Assembly: GCA_025464095.1 (NCBI GenBank)
Contig: JAODMF010000003.1
Location: 79 to 64,078, forward strand
DNA length: 64,000 nt
Direction: 5' to 3'
Source: Glaciihabitans sp.
GTDB lineage: Bacteria; Actinomycetota; Actinomycetes; Actinomycetales; Microbacteriaceae
This document shows positions 34,588 through 44,309 of the stretch, one piece after another. Both the position numbers and the translations under genes were made by a program. The notes under the pieces were generated by a model. That model saw nothing but the letters and a program-made list of their open reading frames with translations. It made no database searches and was not told the origin of the DNA. The stretch's first letter is position 1; every line of letters begins with the position of its first letter.

Positions 34588-36714
34588 CTAGTTGACCCCG
34601 CGAATGACGGGATGGTGGAACGTGTCGCCGAAGACTCGCTCCGACGCGCCCACGCGATCGAGGTAGGGCGTGACGCCTCCCATCTGGAACGGGTATCCCG
34701 CCCCAAGAATCAGGCAGAGATCGATGTCTTCGGCAGCCTCGACGACCTGGTCGTCGAGCATCCGGTGCACCTCGTCGGCCAGGCCGTCCTCGATGCGGCG
34801 CAGCAACTGCTCGTCGGTCATCGGGGAGCTGCCGCCCGAGACAATTTTCACCGCCTGCTTGTCGTAGCCCTTGATCTTGCCCTTGGCGTCGCGCTCGAAG
34901 ATGTGCCCGAGTTCCGCCAGCCGGTGCAGGTTCTTGCTCTCGAAGAAGCGCTCCGGGAATGCGGCGTGATGCGTATCGAGCACGTGCGCGCCGACCTTGA
35001 GGCCAACCAGTTCGAGTAGCTCGAACGGCGTCATCGGCAGCCCGAACGGCGCGATCGACCTGTCCACGACCTCGAAGGGCGTCCCGGTGTCGACGGCGTG
35101 CATCGCCTCCCCGAGCAGCTTCGCCAGGATGCGGTTGACCACGAACCCAGGGGTGTCCCGTGTGATCACCGCGTTCTTACGCAGCGCTGCGGCGGTCACC
35201 ATTGCCGTCGAGAGAGCCTCGTCGTTCGTGCGCGGCGTCTTCACGACCTCGATCAGCGGCATGACCGCGACCGGGTTGAAGAAGTGGAACCCGACAACTC
35301 GCTCAGGATGCTTCAGCTTCGAGCCGATCGCCTCGACCGACAGCGACGAGGTGTTCGTCGCGAGAATCGCCTCGGGGGAGATGTACTGTTCCACGTCGGC
35401 GAAGACGTCCTGCTTCACGCCGAGTTCCTCGAACACGGCCTCGATGACCCAGTCGCAGTCGGCGAAATCGGCCTTGTTGGTCGTTCCGGTGACGAGCGCC
35501 TGCAGCCGGTTGGCCTCATCCGCGGAGATTCGCCCCTTCGACGTGAGAGCGTCGATCTCGTCATGGATGTACTTCACACCCTTGTCGACCCGCTCCTGGT
35601 CGAGGTCGGTGATGACCACGGGCACCTGCAGCCGGCGAACGAACAGCAGCGCGAACTGGCTGGCCATGAGTCCGGCCCCGATCACCCCCACCTTTGTGAG
35701 CTTGCGGGCAAGCGCTTTGTCCGGGGCACCGGCCGGTCGCTTCGCTCGCTTCTGCACAAGGTTGAACGCGTAGATGGATGCCCGGAACTGGTCGCCGGAG
35801 ATGAGGTCGGCGAGCGCCTCATCCTCCGCCGCGAAACCGGTCTTCCTGTCGGTGTTTTTGGCGGCCTTCACGAGCTCGAGGGCGCGGTACGGCGAAAGGG
35901 CGACCGTTCCGATGCGGCTCTCGAGCATCTTGCGGGCGATCCCGATGGCGACGTCCCACTTGACGGCGCGCTCCAGCTTGCCCGGCTGGTTGGGTCGCTT
36001 GACCGTCGTCGCACCCGAGATGACGCCGTCGGCCCACCGGATCGAGTCTTCGAGAAAGGATGCCGGACCGAAGATCGCATCTGCGATTCCCAGATCGAAC
36101 GCTTCCTGGCCCTTGAGCGTGCGGTTGTTCTTGAGCGGGTTCTCGATGATCACCTTGAGGGCGTTCTCGATGCCGATGAGGTTGGGCAGCAGCCACGCTC
36201 CTCCCCAGCCGGGAATGATGCCGAGGAACACCTCGGGCAGCGCGAGCGCCGGAATCGAGCTGTCGATCGTGCGGTAGTCGGCGTTCAGCCCGATCTCCAC
36301 CCCGCCGCCGAGCGCGAGACCGTTGATGAAGACGAAGGATGGCACACCCAGCTCACTGAGGCGACCGAGCGCCGCATGGCCCAACTGCGCCATCTGCTTT
36401 CCGATCTCGCGGGTCGGAATCTCGCTGACCCTGGACAGGTCGGCGCCCGCGGCGAGAATGTACGGCTTGCCGGTGACCGCGACCGCCTTGATCTCGCCCT
36501 TGGCCGCGCGCGCTTTCTGCGCATCCAGGACCTCCGCGAATTCGAGGAGCGTGGCCGGTCCGAGTGTGGACGGTCGGGTGTGGTCGCGACCGTTGTCCAG
36601 CGTGACGAGGGCGAGGGCGCCGCCCGATGGCAGCGGCACGTCGCGCACATAGGAATGCGTCACGACCTCGTCGCTGGTCAGCGACCGCAGTTCGGCGAAA
36701 TCGGTCGATGCCAT
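34588..36714 (-). CDS. fadB: bifunctional enoyl-CoA hydratase / 3-hydroxyacyl-CoA dehydrogenase (FadB-like)
   Basis: Crotonase N-domain (AVTGKPYILAAGADL, NGLALGGGVEIGL) and a 3HCDH Rossmann fold (VGVIGAGLMASQFA). Start at MASTDF (ATG 36712-36714); 1-nt overlap with the thiolase stop. Confidence 0.9.
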   Translation of the reverse strand: MASTDFAELRSLTSDEVVTHSYVRDVPLPSGGALALVTLDNGRDHTRPSTLGPATLLEFAEVLDAQKARAAKGEIKAVAVTGKPYILAAGADLSRVSEIPTREIGKQMAQLGHAALGRLSELGVPSFVFINGLALGGGVEIGLNADYRTIDSSIPALALPEVFLGIIPGWGGAWLLPNLIGIENALKVIIENPLKNNRTLKGQEAFDLGIADAIFGPASFLEDSIRWADGVISGATTVKRPNQPGKLERAVKWDVAIGIARKMLESRIGTVALSPYRALELVKAAKNTDRKTGFAAEDEALADLISGDQFRASIYAFNLVQKRAKRPAGAPDKALARKLTKVGVIGAGLMASQFALLFVRRLQVPVVITDLDQERVDKGVKYIHDEIDALTSKGRISADEANRLQALVTGTTNKADFADCDWVIEAVFEELGVKQDVFADVEQYISPEAILATNTSSLSVEAIGSKLKHPERVVGFHFFNPVAVMPLIEVVKTPRTNDEALSTAMVTAAALRKNAVITRDTPGFVVNRILAKLLGEAMHAVDTGTPFEVVDRSIAPFGLPMTPFELLELVGLKVGAHVLDTHHAAFPERFFESKNLHRLAELGHIFERDAKGKIKGYDKQAVKIVSGGSSPMTDEQLLRRIEDGLADEVHRMLDDQVVEAAEDIDLCLILGAGYPFQMGGVTPYLDRVGASERVFGDTFHHPVIRGVN

Positions 36715-37910
36715 TACTTGGCTCCCTTGTAGTTCGGGTTCTCCCAGATGACCGAGCCGCCCTGGCCGAGCCCCACGCACATTGCGGTCAGTCCGTAGCG
36801 CACCTCGGGGTGCTCCTGGAACTGCGCGGCCAGCTGGATCATCAGGCGAACACCCGACGAGGCAAGCGGATGCCCGAACGCGATTGCGCCGCCCCACTGG
36901 TTGACCCGCGGGTCTTCGTCGTCGATCCCGAAGTGATCGAGCAGCGACAGCACCTGTACGGCGAATGCCTCATTCAGTTCGAAGAGGCCGATGTCGTCGA
37001 TCGTGAGTCCCGCCTTGCGGAGCGCCTTCTCGCTGGAAGGCACCGGGCCGATACCCATGATCTCGGGCTCGACGCCGGCGAAAGCGAAGCTGACCATGCG
37101 CATCTTGACGGGCAGGCCGAACTCCTGTGCGGCATCCGCGCTGGCGATGATGCTCGCGGTGGCCCCGTCGTTCAGTCCGGAGGAGTTGCCCGCGGTGACG
37201 CGGCCGTGGGGACGGAAGGGCGTCTTGAGCGCCGCAAGACCCTCCATGGTGGTCTCAGGGCGGAGCGCCTCGTCGCGGGTGGCCAGGCCCCAGCCGTCGT
37301 CGTTGCGGGTCGCCACGGAGATCAGGTCTGGCTGCAGCTTGCCGTTCTCGTAGGCCGCCGCCGCCTTCTGCTGGCTGCGCATTGCGTAGCGGTCGGAGCG
37401 CTCCTTGGTGAGTTGCGGGAATCGATCGTGGATTCGCTCGGCCGTGTTGCCCATGTTGAGCGCCTCGCCGCTCACAAGCTTCTCGGCGAGGAACCGCGGG
37501 TTCGGATCCGCCCCGAACCCCATCGGGTGGCGTCCCATGTGCTCGACGCCGCCGGCGATGCCAATGTCGTACGCGCCGAAGGCGATGCCTCCGGCGATAT
37601 TCGTCACGGCCGTCATCGCACCGGCGCACATCCGGTCGATCGCGTAGCCCGGGACGGACTTGGGAAGCCCGGCAAGGAGGGCAGCGGTACGACCGAGGGT
37701 GAGGCCCTGGTCGCCGGTCTGCGTCGTTGCCGCGATGGCGACATCGTCGATGCGGTCCTTGGGAAGGCCCGGGTTTCGCTCCAGCAGCCCGATCATCGCT
37801 TTGACGACGAGGTCGTCCGCGCGGGTGTTCCAGTACATTCCCTTTTCGCCTGCTCGACCGAATGGGGTTCGAACCCCATCGACGAAGACGACTTCGGCTT
37901 TCTCGGCCAC
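36714..37910 (-). CDS. fadA: acetyl-CoA C-acyltransferase (thiolase)
   Basis: Active-site region IDRMCAGAM, NEAFA and C-terminal CVGLGQG; 398 aa. Confidence 0.93.
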   Translation of the reverse strand: MAEKAEVVFVDGVRTPFGRAGEKGMYWNTRADDLVVKAMIGLLERNPGLPKDRIDDVAIAATTQTGDQGLTLGRTAALLAGLPKSVPGYAIDRMCAGAMTAVTNIAGGIAFGAYDIGIAGGVEHMGRHPMGFGADPNPRFLAEKLVSGEALNMGNTAERIHDRFPQLTKERSDRYAMRSQQKAAAAYENGKLQPDLISVATRNDDGWGLATRDEALRPETTMEGLAALKTPFRPHGRVTAGNSSGLNDGATASIIASADAAQEFGLPVKMRMVSFAFAGVEPEIMGIGPVPSSEKALRKAGLTIDDIGLFELNEAFAVQVLSLLDHFGIDDEDPRVNQWGGAIAFGHPLASSGVRLMIQLAAQFQEHPEVRYGLTAMCVGLGQGGSVIWENPNYKGAK

Positions 37911-37999
37911 TTTGCCTCCAACACTCAGTTCGCTGTCTCCAGCGTGCGTTGAATCCAGACTATGCGCGCAAAAAGTGGGGGCTAATCCTTTGACTGTTC

Positions 38000-39244
38000 C
38001 TACGACTCAGGCTCGGATGCCTCGTCGGGCGTTTGGCTCGCCTCTACAAAGGCCTGGTGGATTGCCTGTGCGGTTGCGTCAATCTGCCACTCGCGTGCAC
38101 CCATCTCGCGAAGCGCGGCTTCGATGGAATCGGGCTCAAGCGGATCCGGTGGTGACCAGGCGACACGGCGCAGGAGCTCAGGGGTGAGGAGGTTCTCGAT
38201 CGGTATCGACAGTTCGGTTGAAATGTCGGTCACCGCCGAGCGGGCCGCCTTCAGCCGCCGGTCGGCCTCGGGATTCTTGTCCGGCCACGCGCGCGGAGGC
38301 GGAACCGTCTCGCCACTCGGTCGCAGCACGGGCGGGTCGGTGGAGGCGAGCCCTGCCTGGATCGCATCCCACCAGCGGTCAATCTGCGATCGGCTCGCCC
38401 GGCCGGTGAAGTCCTTCATGGCGGCAAGGTCGCGTTTCGTCGCCGGGAGCGCACGTGCGGCATTGACCAGCGAACTGTCGGGCATGAGGCGGCCGGGGGC
38501 GGTATCGATCTCGCGGGCGTAGTCATCGCGCGTCTGCCAGAGCTCGCGGGCGACCGCCAGGCTCTTCGCTCCGCGGAGCGAGTGGACGCCGCTCAGACGG
38601 CGCCACGGTTGCTCGCGCACCGGGCGGAAGTCGCGCCCGAGCACGGAATCGAACTCTTCCTGGGCAATCTCGGTCTTGCCCGCGGCATCGAGCAGCTCGC
38701 CCATCGCATCCCGCAGGTCGGGCAGCAGCTCCACGTCGAGTGCGGCGTACACGAGCCAGGACTGGGGCAGTGGACGCGTCGACCAGTCGGCGGCCGAGTG
38801 CTCCTTAGCCAGGTGAATTCCGAGCAATTCCTCGACCACTGTTCCGAGCCCGACGCGGGGAAGTCCGGCCAGGCGCGCCCCCAGCTCCGTGTCGAACAGC
38901 CGGGCGGGATCCAGGCCCACCTCTCGAAGGCAGGTCAGGTCCTGGCTGGCCGCGTGCAGGATCCACTCTTCGTCCTTGATGACGGCCTGCAGTTCGGCGA
39001 AGTCGCCGATGGCCGGTGGATCGAAGAGAAATGTGCCGGATCCCCGGCGGTAAATCTGGATGAGGTAGGCGCGCTGCGAGTACCGGAACCCGGATGCACG
39101 CTCGGCGTCGACCGCGACCGGTCCGTGGCCGGCAGCGATGGCGTCGACGGCGGCGAGGTAGGCCTCCCGCGTCTCGATGACGTCGACGGAGGCGTGCGGA
39201 GCCTGCTGGGCGCCCGCAACCGTGCCTTCGTCGGGACTACTCAC
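38000..39244 (-). CDS. rnd: ribonuclease D-like 3'-5' exonuclease with HRDC domain
   Basis: DEDD motifs (VAVDAERASGF; ILHAASQDL; YAALDVELL) and an HRDC region. GTG start at 39242-39244 overlaps the DUF3000 stop by 8 nt; the upstream part of the track ORF is Arg-rich junk. Confidence 0.85.
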   Translation of the reverse strand: MSSPDEGTVAGAQQAPHASVDVIETREAYLAAVDAIAAGHGPVAVDAERASGFRYSQRAYLIQIYRRGSGTFLFDPPAIGDFAELQAVIKDEEWILHAASQDLTCLREVGLDPARLFDTELGARLAGLPRVGLGTVVEELLGIHLAKEHSAADWSTRPLPQSWLVYAALDVELLPDLRDAMGELLDAAGKTEIAQEEFDSVLGRDFRPVREQPWRRLSGVHSLRGAKSLAVARELWQTRDDYAREIDTAPGRLMPDSSLVNAARALPATKRDLAAMKDFTGRASRSQIDRWWDAIQAGLASTDPPVLRPSGETVPPPRAWPDKNPEADRRLKAARSAVTDISTELSIPIENLLTPELLRRVAWSPPDPLEPDSIEAALREMGAREWQIDATAQAIHQAFVEASQTPDEASEPES

Positions 39245-39833
39245 GTCCCACTCGACGAGCTGACAACTGGCTGACTCCTTCAACGGCTGGCGGCAAGCCA
39301 GCGAGCATGCACAACAATTCGCTCCAGCCTTCCACATGAGCGGCGACCTCGTGGTCGCTGGGAGTCCAGGACGCGCGAAGTTCGATCTGCGCGCCGTCGC
39401 CCTGTTCGGCGAGTTCGCCGAAACCGGTCGACAGGATCTTGGTCGCCGTTCCTGAGGCCGCGGTGTAGTGCGCGCCACGGGCATCCAGTGCGTCGACGAG
39501 CCACGACCACGCAACCTCGGCGAGGAACGGGTCGACTCCGATCTCGGTTTCGAGCGGCGCCTGGGCGAAGCAGACCACCCGGAACGCGCCGCCCCAGGCA
39601 TCCGGTTCCTCGGGGTCGTAGAGCAGGATGAACCGTCCCGTGCCCAGTATCGAGTCGATGCCGTGGCTGGACGGCCTCACGTCAGCGGCCAGCGCGATCG
39701 ACCATGGTGCGAGGCTGCCCGGAGCGGGAATCTCGGAAATGGTCAGTTCCGGGCGGGTGTGAGCAGCCGAAACGGAGCTGAGGGCCGAAGTAAAAACGGC
39801 GGGCGCCTCAGCGGGTGCTTCGAGATCGACCAC
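39237..39833 (-). CDS. DUF3000 domain protein
   Basis: 198 aa with PWSIALAADV...GRFILLYDPEEPDAWGGAFRVVCFAQAP; conserved partner upstream of rnd in actinobacteria. Confidence 0.8.
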   Translation of the reverse strand: MVDLEAPAEAPAVFTSALSSVSAAHTRPELTISEIPAPGSLAPWSIALAADVRPSSHGIDSILGTGRFILLYDPEEPDAWGGAFRVVCFAQAPLETEIGVDPFLAEVAWSWLVDALDARGAHYTAASGTATKILSTGFGELAEQGDGAQIELRASWTPSDHEVAAHVEGWSELLCMLAGLPPAVEGVSQLSARRVGRE

Positions 39834-39907
39834 ACGTGAAGGCTAGGCTTTTTTGCTATTTTCGGGGTAGAGGCTCGCCGTTTCGGTGCAGCAAACGAGG
39901 TGGAGCG

Positions 39908-41122
39908 GTGAGCGCGGAGCGGATGTCCAGGCGATCGGTTCTTTCGCGCGTGATCGCCGGCGCCGGCATCGGGACCGCCGGACTGGCCACCCTCGGCGTC
40001 CTTGCGGCAGCGGGGACTACCGCCTGGGTTGCGCGGGTTGTGGTCACTCCGCCCAAGCACCGCACCGAAGACATCCGCGTTCTGGGATATCGCGACCGCA
40101 CGATCACGCTCTCTGCGACCGACGACACGCGACTGCCGGGCAGGTACAGCTTCTGGTTCAACGGCGCGCGCGGCCACCTGCGCCTCGGCGAGATCCTGTC
40201 GCAGACGCCCGGCATGGTCACGCGGGAGTTGCTCGGCGTCGACCTGGGAGACCTCGCCGATGCCGAGCGCGGCTACCTCGGCGGATGGATCTACCTCAGC
40301 CCGGACGACCTCGACGTGGAGTACGAGTCGGTCTCGATTCCCACTCCCGTCGGGCCTGCGCCTGCCTGGCTCATTCCCGCCGACGCGGCCTCGTCCCGGT
40401 GGGCGATCATCGTGCACGGCAGGGGAGTGCGGAGGGCGGAGGGGCTTCGAGCCGTCGAATCGTTCCGCGCTGCCGGGTATACAACGCTGCTCGTCTCGTA
40501 TCGCAATGACGGTGACGCGCCGTCCAGTTCCGACGGCAGGTACGCGCTCGGCGACACGGAGTGGCAAGACGTGGATGCCGCGATCGTCTGGGCAATTGAC
40601 CGCGGTGCATCCGACGTGGTGCTCATGGGCTGGTCCATGGGCGGTGCGACCGTGCTGCAGGCGGCTACCCGGTCATCGCACGCGGCCACGATCCGCGGAC
40701 TGGTGCTCGAGTCGCCCGTGATCGACTGGGTGGCGACGCTCGACTATCAGGGCGGCGAACGTGGTCTTCCGGGTCCCATCCGCCGGGCGGTGTACCGGCT
40801 CCTCAGCGCCCGACTCGGCCACTGGGTCACCGGGCAGTCGCAACCGATCGACCTCAGCCGGCTCGACTTTGTTCGACGCGCGGATGAGCTGCAGCTGCCG
40901 ATCCTGCTGCTGCACAGTGCGGATGACGGCTTCGTGCCCGTGACGGCGTCGCGCGCGCTCGCCGAGGCGCGACCCGACATTGTCACCTACGAGGAGTTCA
41001 CGGTCGCTCGTCACACCAAGCTCTGGAACTACGACGCCGCTCGCTGGAACGGCGCAATCACTGCGTGGCTGAACCGGCTGCGAGAGCCCATCGCGCATAC
41101 AGGCCGCTCTCGCCGTCGGTGA
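39908..41122 (+). CDS. alpha/beta hydrolase with N-terminal membrane anchor/signal
   Basis: Nucleophile elbow GWSMGG and a later catalytic region LLLHSADDGFVP...H. GTG start at 39908 is preceded by AGGTGGA; alternative ATG at 39923. Confidence 0.8.
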   Translation: MSAERMSRRSVLSRVIAGAGIGTAGLATLGVLAAAGTTAWVARVVVTPPKHRTEDIRVLGYRDRTITLSATDDTRLPGRYSFWFNGARGHLRLGEILSQTPGMVTRELLGVDLGDLADAERGYLGGWIYLSPDDLDVEYESVSIPTPVGPAPAWLIPADAASSRWAIIVHGRGVRRAEGLRAVESFRAAGYTTLLVSYRNDGDAPSSSDGRYALGDTEWQDVDAAIVWAIDRGASDVVLMGWSMGGATVLQAATRSSHAATIRGLVLESPVIDWVATLDYQGGERGLPGPIRRAVYRLLSARLGHWVTGQSQPIDLSRLDFVRRADELQLPILLLHSADDGFVPVTASRALAEARPDIVTYEEFTVARHTKLWNYDAARWNGAITAWLNRLREPIAHTGRSRRR

Positions 41123-41792
41123 GCAACTGCCTGAGTTCGAGTCGCTGAGGTTCGCTCTCGCCGGTTCCGAAGAGCGGCACGACCGGGCCGCCGAGTTGGG
41201 GGCTGGTCGACAGGCAAACCTCGTCAACGAGTCCTGCGGCGAGCAGCTGTGCGGCGAGCCTGGGTCCGCCCTCACAGGCGATTGAAGCGAACTCCCGTGC
41301 GTGCAGGGCAGCGACGATGTCGGCGGGGGAGAGGATTCCGTCGTGATCGCGGACAACCACGATTTCGACAGGCAGGTCCGCGGTCGAGGCGAGCACGGCA
41401 TCCGTCGCAGAGGCCGGGCACAGCACCAGTAGGGCTCCACGCTTGCCGGTGACCGTGATGCGCTGGTCACCGAGATTGCCGCTGGTGGTCACGATCGCAA
41501 GAGCGGACGTCCGCGGCACGAAGTACCCCTCGGCGCGAACGCTCGCGGCACCAACCAACACGACGTCGGCGATCGACCTGATGGTCCGCAGGATGGCGCG
41601 GTCAACGGGGTTCGTCAGCGACTCGCTGGTGCTGTCCGCTCCGACGGCACTGCCGCCAACACTCGTGACGAGGTTAAGTCGCAGCCAGTCCGAGCGCGGG
41701 GGCGCGTACAGCGCTGCAAGCTGTTCGGATGCGTCGGGCGCGTCGAGATCGACGACCGTTCCGGCATCCGGAAGCAACTCGCGCAGGATCAC
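41058..41792 (-). CDS. RibD C-terminal domain / dihydrofolate-reductase-like pyrimidine reductase family protein
   Basis: NLVTSVGGSAVGADSTSESLTN...DRAILRTIRSIADVVLVGAASVRAEGY...CEGGPRLAAQLLAAGLVDEVCLSTSP. The 3' end overlaps the convergent hydrolase gene by 65 nt. Confidence 0.75.
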   Translation of the reverse strand: MILRELLPDAGTVVDLDAPDASEQLAALYAPPRSDWLRLNLVTSVGGSAVGADSTSESLTNPVDRAILRTIRSIADVVLVGAASVRAEGYFVPRTSALAIVTTSGNLGDQRITVTGKRGALLVLCPASATDAVLASTADLPVEIVVVRDHDGILSPADIVAALHAREFASIACEGGPRLAAQLLAAGLVDEVCLSTSPQLGGPVVPLFGTGESEPQRLELRQLLTDGESGLYARWALAAGSATQ

Positions 41793-42226
41793 GCGGCGGT
41801 TTTCTCGCGAATCTGGCGCTTCGTCCGCCCGAGCAGCGCGGTCATTCCTCGGATTCTCAGCGGACTGACCGCCTCAGTGAGACCGAGGTCCTGCGGAAAA
41901 TCGTCGGGAATGTCGAGAACCTGGTCGACGGTGAGTCCCGCGAGTCCCTGAACGAGAATCGAGGCGAACCCGCGGGTCGTCGGAGCCTCCCGGGGCGCCG
42001 TTGCGTGCAGGTGCACCACCTTCTCGTCGCCGATCTCGACAAAAATGAAGACCGGCGACTGGCACTCGACGACGCGCTCGAGGAGGTCGGGATGATCCGC
42101 GTACCGCGACGGCAATTCCGGCAACTCGTTCGAGAATTCCAGAAGCAGTTGCAGGCGGTCCCGAAGCTCAAGGGCGTGGAAGTCGTCCTTGATCTGCTCA
42201 AGCGCCTCGGGCAGCACCTCGTTCAT
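41789..42226 (-). CDS. sufE: SufE-like cysteine desulfuration protein
   Basis: Conserved region VECQSPVFIF (active-site Cys) and RIRGMTALL; 145 aa. Confidence 0.85.
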   Translation of the reverse strand: MNEVLPEALEQIKDDFHALELRDRLQLLLEFSNELPELPSRYADHPDLLERVVECQSPVFIFVEIGDEKVVHLHATAPREAPTTRGFASILVQGLAGLTVDQVLDIPDDFPQDLGLTEAVSPLRIRGMTALLGRTKRQIREKTAA

Positions 42227-42244
42227 GCGGTGCCCCCGAAACGA

Positions 42245-43144
42245 CTATCGAGCCGGAACGGCGCCCGGCTCCGCGCCCTTGACGATGGGGACGCGAACCG
42301 CGCTGCCCCACTCGGTCCATGACCCGTCATAGTTGCGAACTCCTTCAAAGCCCAGCAGGTGGGTGAGAACGAACCAGGTGTGGCTCGAACGCTCACCGAT
42401 GCGGCAATACGCAATGACGTTATCACCGTCATTGAGGCCCGCGCCGTCCCGATAAATCGCGTTCAGCTCATCCACAGGCTTGAACGAACCGTTCTCCGCC
42501 ACGGCCCGTGCCCACGGCACGCTCTGGGCGCTCGGGATGTGACCGGCACGCAGGGCGCCTTCCTCCGGGTACGCGGGCGCCGTGGTGCGATCGCCGGTGT
42601 ACTCCTCGGGTGAACGCACGTCGATCAGCGGGTTCCCCAGGTGCGCGAGCACGTCATCCTTGAACGCACGGATGGCGGCATCGTCGCGTTCGACCACGGG
42701 GTAATCGACCGCGACGGCCGATTCGCGTTCAGTCGTGTACTCCCGGCCCTCGGCCTCCCACTTTGCGCGACCGCCGTCGAGCAGGCGCACGTCTTCGTGG
42801 CCGAACAGCGTAAAGACCCACAGTGCGTACGCGGCCCACCAGTTGTTCTTGTCGCCGTAGATCACGACGGTGGTGTCGCGGCTGATGCCCTTGGAACCGA
42901 GGAGTTTCGCGAATGCCGCACCATCGATGTAGTCCCGCTCCACAGGGTCGTTGAGGTCGGTGTGCCAGTCGACCTTGACCGCTCCGGCAATGTGGCCGGT
43001 TTCGTACAGCAGCACGTCTTCGTCGGATTCAACGACGACGAGGCCGGGTTCGCCGAGGTGATCGGCAAGCCATTCGGTTGACACCAGGCGCTCGGGGTGA
43101 GCGAAGCTGGAGAACTGAGACGAGGGATCGGTCTCGATGGGCAT
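42245..43144 (-). CDS. sseA: thiosulfate/3-mercaptopyruvate sulfurtransferase (tandem rhodanese)
   Basis: Two rhodanese domains with active-site loop [13 protein letters not shown]. Start at MPIETD (ATG 43142-43144). Confidence 0.9.
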   Translation of the reverse strand: MPIETDPSSQFSSFAHPERLVSTEWLADHLGEPGLVVVESDEDVLLYETGHIAGAVKVDWHTDLNDPVERDYIDGAAFAKLLGSKGISRDTTVVIYGDKNNWWAAYALWVFTLFGHEDVRLLDGGRAKWEAEGREYTTERESAVAVDYPVVERDDAAIRAFKDDVLAHLGNPLIDVRSPEEYTGDRTTAPAYPEEGALRAGHIPSAQSVPWARAVAENGSFKPVDELNAIYRDGAGLNDGDNVIAYCRIGERSSHTWFVLTHLLGFEGVRNYDGSWTEWGSAVRVPIVKGAEPGAVPAR

Positions 43145-43295
43145 GGGAACCTCCAGTGATTCATGAATGCGGCGCGGCCAGCTGCCTGCCCGGCGCGGTC
43201 TAGTCTTGAACCAGACCAACACCCAACGAATCTACGTGAGTACTCCCGCTGACGCTGGGAAACCGTAAGAGTTCGACACAATCACAAGGCCTGTC

Positions 43296-44309
43296 ATGAG
43301 CCCCGAAACTCGCCCGCCCGTGGCGTCCCTTGCCGATCGCAGCCCGAGTATTTCGGCCGCCGAGATCGTGGCCCACCTCGTTCCGCCGCGGCAGTTCGAG
43401 ACGGCGACGCTCGACTCCTACCGTCCCGACCGCGACTACCCGTCGCAGGGTGCTGCGCTCGCCGCCATCCGCAATTTCATCGCGGGCTGGGCGGCGCCCA
43501 AGGGGGGACTGTTCTCGCGCAAACGGGCGCCTGCCTCTCTTCCCGGCCTCTACCTCGACGGCGGTTTCGGCGTCGGCAAGACCCACCTTCTCGCGGCCCT
43601 ATGGCATGCGGCACCCGGTCGCAAGTACTTCGGCACGTTTATCGAGTACACCGCCCTCGTGGGTGCGCTCGGCTACGCGGCAACTCTGCAGCAGCTGAAG
43701 GGTGCGACGATCGTCTGCATCGATGAATTCGAGCTGGATGACCCCGGAGACACGCGACTGATGTCCCGCCTGCTGTCGGAGCTCGTCGCATCCGGCTCGC
43801 GCATCGCGGCGACATCGAACACGCCGCCGAACGCCCTCGGTGAAGGCCGTTTTGCCGCGCAGGACTTCCTGCGCGAGATCGATGCGCTCGCCGCCCGGTT
43901 CACCACCGTACGTATCGATGGCCTCGACTATCGTCGCCGTGACGTCGAGGGTCACGCCGTTGCCGTCGATGATTCCGAGTTCGACCGCCTCATCGGGATG
44001 GCCAATGGCGAAGCGACGGTGGACGACTTCGGTCTCGTGCTGAAGCACCTGGCGAGCGTGCATCCGTCGCGCTACGTTCGCATGATCGAGGGCGTCGACA
44101 CCGTCGGACTTCGCGACGTTCACCCGCTGGTGAACCAGACCGATGCCCTGCGCCTCGTCGCATTCGTCGATCGCCTCTACGACGCCCAGGTGCGGATCGT
44201 CGCGACAGGGCTTCCGCTGAACCAGGTCTTTCCCGAGGAGATGCTCGCCGGTGGCTACCGCAAGAAATACCTCCGCGCGGTATCCCGCATGATCGCGTTG
44301 ACGAGCTAG
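43296..44309 (+). CDS. zapE: cell division protein ZapE (AFG1-like ATPase)
   Basis: Walker A GGFGVGKTHLL, Walker B VCIDEFELDD, and ATSNTPPNALGEGRFAAQDFLREI. Confidence 0.85.
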   Translation: MSPETRPPVASLADRSPSISAAEIVAHLVPPRQFETATLDSYRPDRDYPSQGAALAAIRNFIAGWAAPKGGLFSRKRAPASLPGLYLDGGFGVGKTHLLAALWHAAPGRKYFGTFIEYTALVGALGYAATLQQLKGATIVCIDEFELDDPGDTRLMSRLLSELVASGSRIAATSNTPPNALGEGRFAAQDFLREIDALAARFTTVRIDGLDYRRRDVEGHAVAVDDSEFDRLIGMANGEATVDDFGLVLKHLASVHPSRYVRMIEGVDTVGLRDVHPLVNQTDALRLVAFVDRLYDAQVRIVATGLPLNQVFPEEMLAGGYRKKYLRAVSRMIALTS

